In this document: positions 53,544 to 62,787 of the stretch, piece after piece
Layout of the letters: every line of letters begins with the position of its first letter
How positions within the stretch are numbered: position 1 is the stretch's first letter
Assembly (NCBI GenBank): GCA_033763905.1
Contig: JANRJP010000044.1
Span: forward strand, 1 to 64,000
Direction of reading: 5' to 3'
Length of the DNA stretch: 64,000 nucleotides
Source of the DNA: Gemmatimonadaceae bacterium
GTDB taxonomy: Bacteria; Gemmatimonadota; Gemmatimonadetes; Gemmatimonadales; Gemmatimonadaceae
The notes under the pieces: model-generated
Told to the model about the DNA's origin: nothing
Database searches by the model: none
The model's input: the letters and a program-made list of their open reading frames with translations, nothing else
Position numbers and translations under genes: made by a program

Positions 53544-55307
53544 GTGGAGCACGCACCAGCGACGCAGCTGACGGCGATCGATTACGTCGTGATGTTCTTG
53601 TACTTCGCCGTCGTGCTCGGCATCGGCTTCGCGCTGCGCCGCCGCACCCAGACGGCGAACGACTTCCTGCAATCCGGGCGCTCGCTGCCGCCTTGGGTCA
53701 CCGGACTCGCGTTTCTGTCGGCCAACCTCGGCGCGCAAGAAGTCATAGGAATGGGCGCGTCCGGCGCGAAGTACGGCATCGCGACGAGCCACTTCTACTG
53801 GGTGGGTGCGATCCCGGCGATGGTGTTTGTCGCGCTCTTTATGATGCCGTTCTACTACGGCTCGCGCGCGCGCAGCGTCCCCGAGTACCTCAAGCTGCGC
53901 TTCGACGAGAAGACCCGCACGCTCAACGCCGCGAGCTTCGCGGTGATGACCATTTTCTCGAGCGGCATCTCGATGTACGCGATGGGCAAGCTCTTCAACC
54001 TGCTGCTGGGCTGGAGCTTCGACGTGAGCGTGCTGGTGTCGGCGGTGATCGTGCTGGCGTACGTGTTCGCCGGGGGGCTCACCAGCGCGATCTACAACGA
54101 AGTCCTGCAGTTCTTCATGATCGTCTTCGGCTTCGCGCCGCTGGTGTTTCTGGGCTTGCGCTCGGTGGGCGGCTGGGACGGGCTCTCGGCGCGGCTCACC
54201 GACGCCGCGGCCACGCGCGGCCTGCCGGCCGGTGCGTACACGCACGCGTGGCAGGGGATGGGCGACGCCAGTACCAATGCCGTGGGGGTCGAGTGGTTCG
54301 GCCTGGTGATGGGCTTGGGCTTCGTGTTGTCGTTCGGGTACTGGTGCACCGACTTCCTCGTGGTGCAGCGCGCGATGGCCGCGGACAGTATGACCGCGGC
54401 ACGCCGGACCCCACTGATCGCCGCGGTCCCCAAGATGCTCTTTCCCTTTCTGGTCATTTTGCCAGGAATGATCGCGCTGGCGCTGACGAGCGCCGCCGGC
54501 GGTGACGCGTCGAGCGGCATCATTCCGGCGAAGCTCGGCGCCGACGGCGCGCCGCTCGTCGACGCGGCGGGCCGAGCCGTGCTCGACTACGACCTGGCGA
54601 CGCCGATGCTGCTGATCAAGCTCTTCCCCGAGGGGATGCTTGGCCTGGGCCTCACCGCACTCCTGGCGTCGTTTATGTCAGGGATGGCGGGCAATGTCAC
54701 CGCCTTCAACACCGTGTGGACCTACGACATCTACCAGACGCACCTGCGGAAGGGAGCGTCGGATGCCGAGTGCCTCCGGATGGGAAAGGTCGCCACGGTG
54801 GTGGGCGTGCTGCTGTCGATTGCCGCCGCCTACGTCGCGGGGGCGTTCAACAACATCATGGAGCTGTTGCAGCTCGTCTTCGCGTTCATCAATGCGCCGC
54901 TCTTTGCCACGTTCGCGCTTGGGATGTTCTGGCGTCGTGCCACGGGCCACGGCGCGTTCGCGGGGCTGGTGGCGGGAATGACCGGAGCCGCCCTGCACCA
55001 CGGACTGACGCTCTCGCGCGGCTCGGTGCCCGGGGTGAAGGGCGGGTTCCTGGGCCTGGTGCACACGTATCCCAGCGAGATGGCGCAGACGTTCTGGACC
55101 GCCATCGTCGCCTTTGCCGCCTGCACCGTGGTGACCGTGATCGTGAGTCTGGCCACGGCGGCGCGGTCGGACGATTCGCTCAAGGGACTCGTCTACTCGC
55201 TGACGCCAATGCCGACCGATGGCGCGCTGGCTTGGCATCAGCGTCCAGCGGTCCTTGGGGCGGCGGTGCTGGGGATGACGCTGCTGCTCAACCTGATCTT
55301 CGCCTGA
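53544..55307 (+). CDS. Sodium:solute symporter (SGLT-like)
   Basis: Motifs SANLGA, SVPEYLKLRF, YWCTDFLVVQRAMAA and LLASFMS, with many TM helices. Confidence 0.93.
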   Translation: MEHAPATQLTAIDYVVMFLYFAVVLGIGFALRRRTQTANDFLQSGRSLPPWVTGLAFLSANLGAQEVIGMGASGAKYGIATSHFYWVGAIPAMVFVALFMMPFYYGSRARSVPEYLKLRFDEKTRTLNAASFAVMTIFSSGISMYAMGKLFNLLLGWSFDVSVLVSAVIVLAYVFAGGLTSAIYNEVLQFFMIVFGFAPLVFLGLRSVGGWDGLSARLTDAAATRGLPAGAYTHAWQGMGDASTNAVGVEWFGLVMGLGFVLSFGYWCTDFLVVQRAMAADSMTAARRTPLIAAVPKMLFPFLVILPGMIALALTSAAGGDASSGIIPAKLGADGAPLVDAAGRAVLDYDLATPMLLIKLFPEGMLGLGLTALLASFMSGMAGNVTAFNTVWTYDIYQTHLRKGASDAECLRMGKVATVVGVLLSIAAAYVAGAFNNIMELLQLVFAFINAPLFATFALGMFWRRATGHGAFAGLVAGMTGAALHHGLTLSRGSVPGVKGGFLGLVHTYPSEMAQTFWTAIVAFAACTVVTVIVSLATAARSDDSLKGLVYSLTPMPTDGALAWHQRPAVLGAAVLGMTLLLNLIFA

Positions 55308-55317
55308 GGAGCCCACC

Positions 55318-55530
55318 GTGAGTGACGCTGGTTCGCTGGACCTCCGCGTGCCGATCGGCGGCCTGTTCGTGGCGCTCGGCGCCGTGATCGGCGCCTTCGG
55401 CCTCTTCACCGCGGGCGACGCGGCGATGTACGCGAAGTCGGGGGGCATCAACATCAACCTGTGGTGGGGGGTGGTGCTGCTGGTGACCGGCGCGGCCTTC
55501 CTGCTCGCTGCACGGCGCGAGCGCCACTAG
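55318..55530 (+). CDS. Small two-TM membrane protein downstream of the SSS gene
   Basis: GAGGAG RBS, DLRVPIGGLF and NINLWWG. Confidence 0.7.
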   Translation: MSDAGSLDLRVPIGGLFVALGAVIGAFGLFTAGDAAMYAKSGGININLWWGVVLLVTGAAFLLAARRERH

Positions 55531-55693
55531 CAGGTCACAGGCAGCGGGGCCGCTGGCACCCCTGTGTGCGCGGACATAACTTTGCAGGTCGGGCGAAAAC
55601 CGCCTCACGACCTCGCACGACATTGTCCCGCCCCTTGCCGCATTCATTCACGCGCCGCCCGACGACGAGCCGCGCCGAATCCCGCACCTGCCG

Positions 55694-58315
55694 ATGAACA
55701 TTCCCGTCGTCACGGGGGAAGTGCTCGACGGGCGGTACGCCATTGAGCGGGAGCTGGGCCAAGGCGGAATGGCGCGCGTGTATCTCGTGCGCGACCTGCG
55801 ACACGGCCGCTCGCTGGCGCTCAAGATGGTCCGGCCCGAGGTGAGCGCGACCCTCGGGGCCGATCGCTTTCTGAGCGAGATCGAGATCATCTCGAAGATG
55901 ACCCACCCGAACATCCTGCCGTTGCACGATTCGGGGACGATCCGCGGGCAGCTGTACTACGTGTCGCCGTATATGGACGGGCTGTCGCTGCGCGAGCGGA
56001 TGAACGCGACGCCGCAGATGTCGATCGCCGACGTCGTCAGCATCACGCGCGAAGTGGCGCAGGCGCTCGACTATGCCCATTCGCGCGGCATCGTGCACCG
56101 CGACATCAAGCCGGAGAACATCCTCTTCTCGGGCGGTGTGGCGGTGGTGGCCGACTTCGGCATCGCGCGCGCGGTGGTGGCCGCCGGTGGGGACCGGCTC
56201 ACCCAGGCTGGCGTGGTGGTGGGTACGCCGGCCTATATGAGTCCCGAGCAAGCGACGGGCGAAGCCACCGATGCCCGCAGCGACGTGTACTCGCTGGCCT
56301 GCGTGGTGTACGAGATGATCACCGGACGCCCGCCGTACTCGGGGGAGATTTCGCTCGAGGTGATGCTCAAGCACGCACGGGAGTCGGTGCCGGGGCTCCG
56401 GCCCGTCCGCGCGAGCGTGCCGCTCGCGGTCGAAGCGGTGGTGATGCGGGCGCTGGCCAAGGCGCCGGCCGATCGCTTCCCGACCGTGCGTGCGTTCGCG
56501 GACGCACTGATCGAAGCCGTTGGCGGCACCGCGCCCCTGCCCCTGGCGACGCCCGGACCAAGCCGCCGCACGGTGCAGGCGGTGATTGGCGTCGCCGCGC
56601 TCGTGGTGGCCTCGGCGTTCGGCGTGGTCGCCACACAGCGGCCCAAAGTGCCCGCCGGTCCGCCCCGGCTCATCGTGCTACCCTTCGAACACCTGGGCGA
56701 CGCGGAAGACAAGTTCATCACCGAGGGGCTGGCCGACGAAGTCACCAGCCGCGTGGCGGGCTTGTCCGGGCTGTCCGTGGTCGCTCGCACGACCGCGCAG
56801 CAGTATCCGGCCACCGGCGTGAACCTCCGCAACGTCGCGCGCGAAGTCGGGGTCTCGTACGTCGTCACCGCAACCGTCCGCACCGATCGGGCTCCCGACG
56901 GCACCCGCCGCGTCCGGGTCACGCCACATCTGGTGGCGGCGACCGACGGGCAGGACGTCTGGTCGGACCGCTACGACGCCAGCTTCGTGCCGGGTGAGCT
57001 ATTCGCCCTCCAGTCCAGTATCGCCGAGCGCGTCGCGGGCGCGCTGGGTGTGTCGGTGTTGCAGCCGGAATCCCGCGCGCTCGCCGCGCGGCCCACGCAG
57101 AGCACCGCCGCCTACACCGCGTATTTGCAGGCGAACGTGCTCGCGTCGCGCCGCTACGAAGAGGCCTCCGCCCGCGAGGCGATCGCGCTCTACGAGCAGG
57201 CGATCCAATCCGACTCCACCTTTGCGCTTGCGTGGGCCAAACTGGCCGAGGCGAGCGCCGTCTACGATTACTACTATCGCGACAAGAACGCGACGCGGCT
57301 GGCGCGGGCGCAGGAAGCGTTGCGGCGCGCCACGGCGATCGACTCGACGCTCCCCGAGCTGGCCGTGGCCCGCGGCTTCGTGGCGTGGTGGGGCGAACTC
57401 GATGCCCCGAAGGCGTTCCGCGAGCTGAGCGCCGTGCGCAAGAGCCAGCCGAACAACAGCGAATTGCTGTGGATCATCGGGCAGATCGAACGCCGGCAGG
57501 GAAAGATGCCGGCGGCGGCCGCGACGATGCAGGCTGCCGCGACGCTCGACCCGCGCTCGCACGTGGTGGCCCTCGACCTCGGGCTGACGCTGCTGTCGAT
57601 GCGTCGGTACAGCGACGCGCAACGCGAAATCCTCCGCGCCCGTCGCCTGTCGCCGGATTGGGCCCCCGCGGTGGTGATGCAGGCGCTGATGCTCTGGTCG
57701 CGCGACGGCAAGATCACCGCCGCGTCGGCCGCGATCGACTCGGCCACGCCGCGCGTCTCGATGCGCGAGATGGTGAAGTGGATGTACCGCTACCCGAGTA
57801 TGCCGACGGCCCTGGGCGGCGCGGTGCGGGATTCGGTGCTGGCGCTCACCACGACCACCGACTTCGTCGATCCGGCCAAGCTGCACCTCGCGAAGGCCTA
57901 CATCGCCCGCGACCGTGGCGACTCTGGCGTGGCGCGGGTGCAATTCGACTCGGCGCGCCGGGTGCTGGAGCCGCGCGTGCGGGCGGCCGAGGCGGATGCC
58001 GAATTGGCTGCCCTGCTCGGCATTGCCTACGCCGGTGTCGGACGCCGAGACGATGCCGCGCGCGAAGGCGACCGGGCCTTGACCCTGATGCCGCTGTCGC
58101 GGGAATTCGTGCTGGGCAGCACGATGCTCAGCCACCGGATCGATATCGCGGTGATCAGTGGCGATGCCGAGTCCGCGCTCAAGCACATCGAAACGGTGCT
58201 GCGGATTCCATCGCAGTTCTCGAAGGCGATGATCCGTTCCGATCGCTTCTACGCGGGGCTCCGGTCGAATCCCCGCTTCGCCGCCATTACCGCGGGTCCT
58301 GAACGGACCTTCTGA
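55694..58315 (+). CDS. Hanks Ser/Thr kinase with TM, TolB-like and TPR regions
   Basis: Motifs GQGGMARVY, ALK, HRDIKPEN, DFG, GTPAYMSPEQ and VLPFEHLG, followed by TPR-like helices. Confidence 0.93.
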   Translation: MNIPVVTGEVLDGRYAIERELGQGGMARVYLVRDLRHGRSLALKMVRPEVSATLGADRFLSEIEIISKMTHPNILPLHDSGTIRGQLYYVSPYMDGLSLRERMNATPQMSIADVVSITREVAQALDYAHSRGIVHRDIKPENILFSGGVAVVADFGIARAVVAAGGDRLTQAGVVVGTPAYMSPEQATGEATDARSDVYSLACVVYEMITGRPPYSGEISLEVMLKHARESVPGLRPVRASVPLAVEAVVMRALAKAPADRFPTVRAFADALIEAVGGTAPLPLATPGPSRRTVQAVIGVAALVVASAFGVVATQRPKVPAGPPRLIVLPFEHLGDAEDKFITEGLADEVTSRVAGLSGLSVVARTTAQQYPATGVNLRNVAREVGVSYVVTATVRTDRAPDGTRRVRVTPHLVAATDGQDVWSDRYDASFVPGELFALQSSIAERVAGALGVSVLQPESRALAARPTQSTAAYTAYLQANVLASRRYEEASAREAIALYEQAIQSDSTFALAWAKLAEASAVYDYYYRDKNATRLARAQEALRRATAIDSTLPELAVARGFVAWWGELDAPKAFRELSAVRKSQPNNSELLWIIGQIERRQGKMPAAAATMQAAATLDPRSHVVALDLGLTLLSMRRYSDAQREILRARRLSPDWAPAVVMQALMLWSRDGKITAASAAIDSATPRVSMREMVKWMYRYPSMPTALGGAVRDSVLALTTTTDFVDPAKLHLAKAYIARDRGDSGVARVQFDSARRVLEPRVRAAEADAELAALLGIAYAGVGRRDDAAREGDRALTLMPLSREFVLGSTMLSHRIDIAVISGDAESALKHIETVLRIPSQFSKAMIRSDRFYAGLRSNPRFAAITAGPERTF

Positions 58316-58322
58316 CCGACTG

Positions 58323-59570
58323 GTGCGCGATCGGATCTCGCCGCGGTCGCGCATCTGGCACCTGCCATCGCCGTCAGACGCCCCACTCGCCGTCGCGCTC
58401 GCGTCGCCGGCGGGACGCACGACGGCGCAGGGCGCGCACCGCCTGACGCCCTGCCTCGGCGCCGGCTCGACCCCGCTGGCCGCCGCTCGGCGGGCGCACG
58501 ATGAGTACTGCGAGCGGTGGAGCGGGTTTCACCAGCCGGAAGATCCCGAACTGCTCGCGCCGTTCGACGCCGTCGCTGACCGCGCGATCGCGCCCAATGC
58601 CCTGCGCTGTCTGAGTCGCCGCCAACTCGCGGACGCCCGCCGCGGCGTGCCCGCCGCGGAGTGGGGACTCGACCGCACGCTGCCGCTGGCGTGGACCGTC
58701 GCCACCGCGCTCGACGCGGGGCCGTCGGCGCTCGTGCCGTCGCATCTGGTGTACTTCGGTTATCGCCCGCCGCGGGGAGTCCGCGTGCCGCGTGCCGCAG
58801 GGCGCGCCGACTCCAACGGCTGCGCGGCGGGGCGGAGCACCGCCGACGCCACGCGGCGCGCGCTGTTGGAACTCGTCGAGCGCGACGCGGTGGCCCAGTG
58901 GTGGTACCATCAGGCGCCACGTCCTGAGGTGCCGCGCGCGGTCTGGGCCGACGACCGACGGTCTCGCCTCGTGGAGTGGCTGGCGCGCGATGGACGCGAC
59001 ACCTGGATGCTCGATCTGACCGGCGACCTCGGCATTCCGGTCGTTGCCGCCGTGAGTGTTCGCCGGCAGGGCACATTCCCTCGCGTGTTGCTCGGCTTCG
59101 CCGCGCGACTCGATCGTCGAACTGCCGCGCATCGCGCGCTCGACGAATTGCTGCAGGAAGCGATGCTCGTCCACGCCGCCGACCGCGGGTTGCTCACCCA
59201 GCCCGCCGCCGACCGACGCTGGCTGCGTGAGGGCACGCTCGACGCACAGCCGCAGTTGGTGCCCAACCCGCGCCAACGGCGAAGCCGCGTCCGCGTGCGG
59301 CCGTCGTTCGACGACGCCGGGGCTCCACGTGACGCGGCAGACGTCGCGCAGCTCATCGAGCGGCTGACCGCGGCGCGACTGCGCGCGTGGATGGTGGACC
59401 TCACGCGCGCGGACTCGTCGCGTCGCGTCGTGCGGGTCGTCGTGCCGGGCCTGCGTCCGTGGTGGCCGCACTTCGCACCGGGACGTCTGTTCACCGCGCC
59501 GGTGCGCGCGGGCTGGTTGCGACGCGCGCGACACGAATTGCGTCTCAACGCTTTCGGAATCTGGTTCTGA
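58323..59570 (+). CDS. YcaO-family cyclodehydratase-like protein
   Basis: Motifs EYCERWSG, DSNGCAAG, ALLELVERDA..WWY, DLTGDLGIPV, RALDEL and VVRVVVPGLR. Confidence 0.88.
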   Translation: MRDRISPRSRIWHLPSPSDAPLAVALASPAGRTTAQGAHRLTPCLGAGSTPLAAARRAHDEYCERWSGFHQPEDPELLAPFDAVADRAIAPNALRCLSRRQLADARRGVPAAEWGLDRTLPLAWTVATALDAGPSALVPSHLVYFGYRPPRGVRVPRAAGRADSNGCAAGRSTADATRRALLELVERDAVAQWWYHQAPRPEVPRAVWADDRRSRLVEWLARDGRDTWMLDLTGDLGIPVVAAVSVRRQGTFPRVLLGFAARLDRRTAAHRALDELLQEAMLVHAADRGLLTQPAADRRWLREGTLDAQPQLVPNPRQRRSRVRVRPSFDDAGAPRDAADVAQLIERLTAARLRAWMVDLTRADSSRRVVRVVVPGLRPWWPHFAPGRLFTAPVRAGWLRRARHELRLNAFGIWF

Positions 59571-59631
59571 CGTTATCGTACTGCGCAGAGTGCGCGTCGC
59601 ACTCGCATCGTCACTTTCCGGGAGGTGTCAT

Positions 59632-59811
59632 ATGGCAGCAAAGAAGAAGGCGGCCAAGAAGGCCGCGAAGAAGGGCGCGAAGAAGGCTGCGAAGAAGGTC
59701 GTGAAGAAGGCGGCCAAGAAGACCACGAAGAAGAAGGCCACCAAGAAGAAGGCCGCCAAGAAGAAGACCGGCGCTTCGCGCACGATGGGGCCGTCGAAGA
59801 CCTTCGCGTAA
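59632..59811 (+). CDS. 59-aa Lys/Ala-rich histone-H1-like peptide; candidate RiPP precursor
   Basis: GGAGGT RBS 5 nt upstream. Ten xxKK(K) units followed by the tail TGASRTMGPSKTFA; 25 Lys, encoded by AAG. Confidence 0.85.
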   Translation: MAAKKKAAKKAAKKGAKKAAKKVVKKAAKKTTKKKATKKKAAKKKTGASRTMGPSKTFA

Positions 59812-59833
59812 CCCGACTCGCGACCATCAGGTC

Positions 59834-61276
59834 GTGAGCTCCGCGACACGTCATCTCGGACTCCTGCCGCTGGTGCAACGGAGTCGGGCGCGCCCTCGCG
59901 CCGCCCGACTCCACACGGCGGATGACAGCTTCGAGGTGACCTGTCGCACCCGCGGCGCGTGGCTGGCATTCTGCCGGCTCACGCGCCGTGTCGTTTCCGA
60001 GGACGGCCTGCGCGCCGTTGCCGCTGCCGACTCGCCGGCGGCGCTCCGGGAGTGGGAGCGCCTGCTTGGGCAGCTGCACGCACGCGGTGCCCTGCGCGAG
60101 CGCTGGCTCATCGATGACCACTGGCTCGCCGACGTCGAGCCCATTTGCCCCGCAGGGCCACACGCGGGGCGTGACCGCCGCGCGCCGCGCCGCCGCCGCG
60201 GCACACGCGGTGCGTTCGTCCTGTCGCGATTCGCCTACCTCTCGCGCGACGGCGACCAGCCCACGTTGGCGTCACCGATCAGCACCGTGCGGCTCGTGTG
60301 CAGCCCCGTGATGGTCCGTGCGATCGGCCTCCTTGCCTCCACGCAGACCGCCGCCACGCTCCGCGCGGCGCTCGACGTTCCCGCGTCGACGGCAGCGCAG
60401 ATCGTCCGTCTGCTGCGCGACTCGGCGATGCTCACGTCGGCCCGCGCCGACGGCGGCACCGCCGAAGACACGGATCCGGTGCTGCAGCAATGGGAGTTTG
60501 CGGATCTGTTGTTGCAGCATCGGCACCGCGGTGGACGACACGACGGCGTCGTGGGTGCCACGTTTCAGTACGAAGGCATACGGCCGCCGGAACCCGCCCT
60601 CGACCGCTGGCCTGTCCGTCGACGACTCGCCCTGCCCCGCCCGGCCACCGATCTGGACGTCGTCGGACCACAGAACCCGCCGCTGGGGGCGGTGATCGAA
60701 GCCCGCGAGTCGGTCCGTCAGTACGGCACGCGCCCGATCACCATCGACCAGCTCGGCGCACTCCTGTGGCGTAGCGCGCGCGTGCGTGCCGAGTATCCGA
60801 TGGGACCCGGTCGCCGGTATGCCATCACGGATCGGCCGTACCCCAGCGGCGGGGGCTGCTATCCGCTCGACATCATCGTCGTCGTTGGCCGCTGCCGCGG
60901 CGTCCCGCGCGGCATCCACCACTACGATCCGGTCGCCCACCGCCTCGGCTGGCTCGGCCGTCATGGCAGCACCGCCGAATGGCTGTTGGAAGATGCGCGC
61001 AATGCGCAGGGGCAACGCGGCGGTGCGCAGGTCTTGCTGGTGTTCGTCGCGCGCTTCCGCCGCCTGACCTGGAAGTACCGCTCGATCGCGCTGGCGACGA
61101 TCCTCAAGGACGTCGGCGCACTCCTGCAGACCTTCTACCTCAATGCCACCGCGCTCGGCTTGGCGCCCTGCGGTGTAGGGTCCGGGGACTCGACGCGACT
61201 TGGCCGCGTGATCGGTCGACGCTTCGAAGAGGCGTCCTCGGTCGGCGAGATGCTCATCGGCAGCCGCCCCGAGTGA
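59834..61276 (+). CDS. SagB/ThcOx-family FMN-dependent azoline dehydrogenase
   Basis: Motifs LSRFAYL, WEFADLL, RESVR, RPYPSGGGCYPL, HYDP..H.L, WKY, KDVG and LGLAPCGVG. Confidence 0.9.
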   Translation: MSSATRHLGLLPLVQRSRARPRAARLHTADDSFEVTCRTRGAWLAFCRLTRRVVSEDGLRAVAAADSPAALREWERLLGQLHARGALRERWLIDDHWLADVEPICPAGPHAGRDRRAPRRRRGTRGAFVLSRFAYLSRDGDQPTLASPISTVRLVCSPVMVRAIGLLASTQTAATLRAALDVPASTAAQIVRLLRDSAMLTSARADGGTAEDTDPVLQQWEFADLLLQHRHRGGRHDGVVGATFQYEGIRPPEPALDRWPVRRRLALPRPATDLDVVGPQNPPLGAVIEARESVRQYGTRPITIDQLGALLWRSARVRAEYPMGPGRRYAITDRPYPSGGGCYPLDIIVVVGRCRGVPRGIHHYDPVAHRLGWLGRHGSTAEWLLEDARNAQGQRGGAQVLLVFVARFRRLTWKYRSIALATILKDVGALLQTFYLNATALGLAPCGVGSGDSTRLGRVIGRRFEEASSVGEMLIGSRPE

Positions 61277-61295
61277 CCACGGCGCGCCGCCGGGC

Positions 61296-62783
61296 CTAGC
61301 GCGCCCGGTGGACGGCGGCCGCGGCGGCGTGACCGCTTTCGATCGCTCCCTGAATCCAGCCCGGCAGTGACGAGGTGTGATCACCGGCGAAATAGAGCCG
61401 TCCCGCCGGTCGCTGCATCACCCGCATCTGGTGGCCGATCATTCCCGGCTCGAACGAGCAGTACCCGCCGCGCGCATAGGGGTCGGCATCCCAATCGATC
61501 ATCGCGTGGGCCGTGATCATTCTCGACACGCGCGGGTAGAGCTGATCCAGCCCTGCGGCCAATGCCCGACGCCGCTCCGGCTCCCGCATCACCGCCCAGG
61601 CGCGCGCGTGCGGACCGGTGCTGTACGACTCGAGCACGCCCCGCGTGCCGGCTTGGGTGATCGACTGATCGTTCACGTACATCACCGGCGTGTCGGCAAT
61701 GCCGACGCCCGAGCGATTGACGCGATTCCACGGCCGCGCGGTCGTCTGCACGTACTGGCGCACCACCGACGTGTACAACAACTGCTCGATCACCTGCCGC
61801 ACGTCGTTCGGTAGCGGAAGGTCGATCGGAATCTGCCGCAGGACCGAGAACGGGATCGTACAGATCACCGCCTCGGCGTCCCAGTTCCGGCGCCCGCGCG
61901 ACGTCTCGGCCGTCACGCGCACGCCGGCCGCGCCCGGCGCGAGCCGCACCACCTCGGCGCCGTAGATGACCCGACGCTCGAGCACCGGGCTGTTGGCGAG
62001 CGCGTGCGGCAACCGGTCGTTGCCACCGAGAATGGTGAACTCGTCCTCGCGAATCTGCGCGAGCGTGAGTGGCGTGGGCTCGCCTTGGACGTGGAATCCC
62101 TTGGCGAAGGGATCGATCCGGTACCGTCCAACCGAAAAGCCACCCGGCAGCGGCGGCAGCCCGGGCAGAATCGCGGTGAGATCCCGGAGCATCGTCAGCG
62201 CCGAAATGCAGTGCAGGCCGTTGCCGGTGAGGTTGAGATACCCGACGCCGAAGATCTCGACCGCGCCGCTCGACGCCCCGCGAGAGCGGAGAAACTCCGC
62301 GGCGGTCATTTCGTCGTAGCGCCGCAGGCCCGGGGGCGGAAATCGCTTGTCCCGCGTGTGCCGAAGATTCCGCTGCACCACCGGGATGATGTACTTCTTC
62401 CACAGGCCGCCCAGCCCGATGCCCCGTTCATCGGCGCGCAGCTCCACCGGCCAGCGCGTCGAGGTGTTGTCGACGTTGGCCAGCCGGTGGCCGCGAATGT
62501 AGGCGAAGGGCGATCCACTGCGTGGAATGCGAACCATCGTCAGCCCGGCGAGGGCGATGTAGCCCATCGTCAGCGTGTGATGGCCGTTGAGGAACATCGC
62601 GCCCTCTTCCGCGTGCATCCCGTCCGCAAAGGGATCGCGCAGCGTGCGCACACGCCCGCCGGGCACTTCGCGCGCTTCGAGCACGGTCACATCGTGGCCA
62701 GCCTGTACCAACTGGTAGGCCGCGGTGAGTCCAGCCATTCCAGCGCCGAGGACCAGCACGGACTTGGGACGAGAGGCAGGCAT
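61296..62783 (-). CDS. Flavin monoamine / L-amino-acid oxidase family protein
   Basis: Motifs VLGAGMAGL, LEAREVPGGRV, DPYARG, FAGDHTS and GWIQGAIESG. Confidence 0.92.
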   Translation of the reverse strand: MPASRPKSVLVLGAGMAGLTAAYQLVQAGHDVTVLEAREVPGGRVRTLRDPFADGMHAEEGAMFLNGHHTLTMGYIALAGLTMVRIPRSGSPFAYIRGHRLANVDNTSTRWPVELRADERGIGLGGLWKKYIIPVVQRNLRHTRDKRFPPPGLRRYDEMTAAEFLRSRGASSGAVEIFGVGYLNLTGNGLHCISALTMLRDLTAILPGLPPLPGGFSVGRYRIDPFAKGFHVQGEPTPLTLAQIREDEFTILGGNDRLPHALANSPVLERRVIYGAEVVRLAPGAAGVRVTAETSRGRRNWDAEAVICTIPFSVLRQIPIDLPLPNDVRQVIEQLLYTSVVRQYVQTTARPWNRVNRSGVGIADTPVMYVNDQSITQAGTRGVLESYSTGPHARAWAVMREPERRRALAAGLDQLYPRVSRMITAHAMIDWDADPYARGGYCSFEPGMIGHQMRVMQRPAGRLYFAGDHTSSLPGWIQGAIESGHAAAAAVHRAR

Positions 62784-62787
62784 CGCG

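Noticed and set aside
59625..59837. Alternative Glu/Gly-rich (EEGREEG) and Phe-rich antisense readings of the Lys repeat, or a DNA repeat array
   Set aside because: Only the Lys frame has the RBS-ATG. Variation between units follows codons, and there are no spacers or cas genes.
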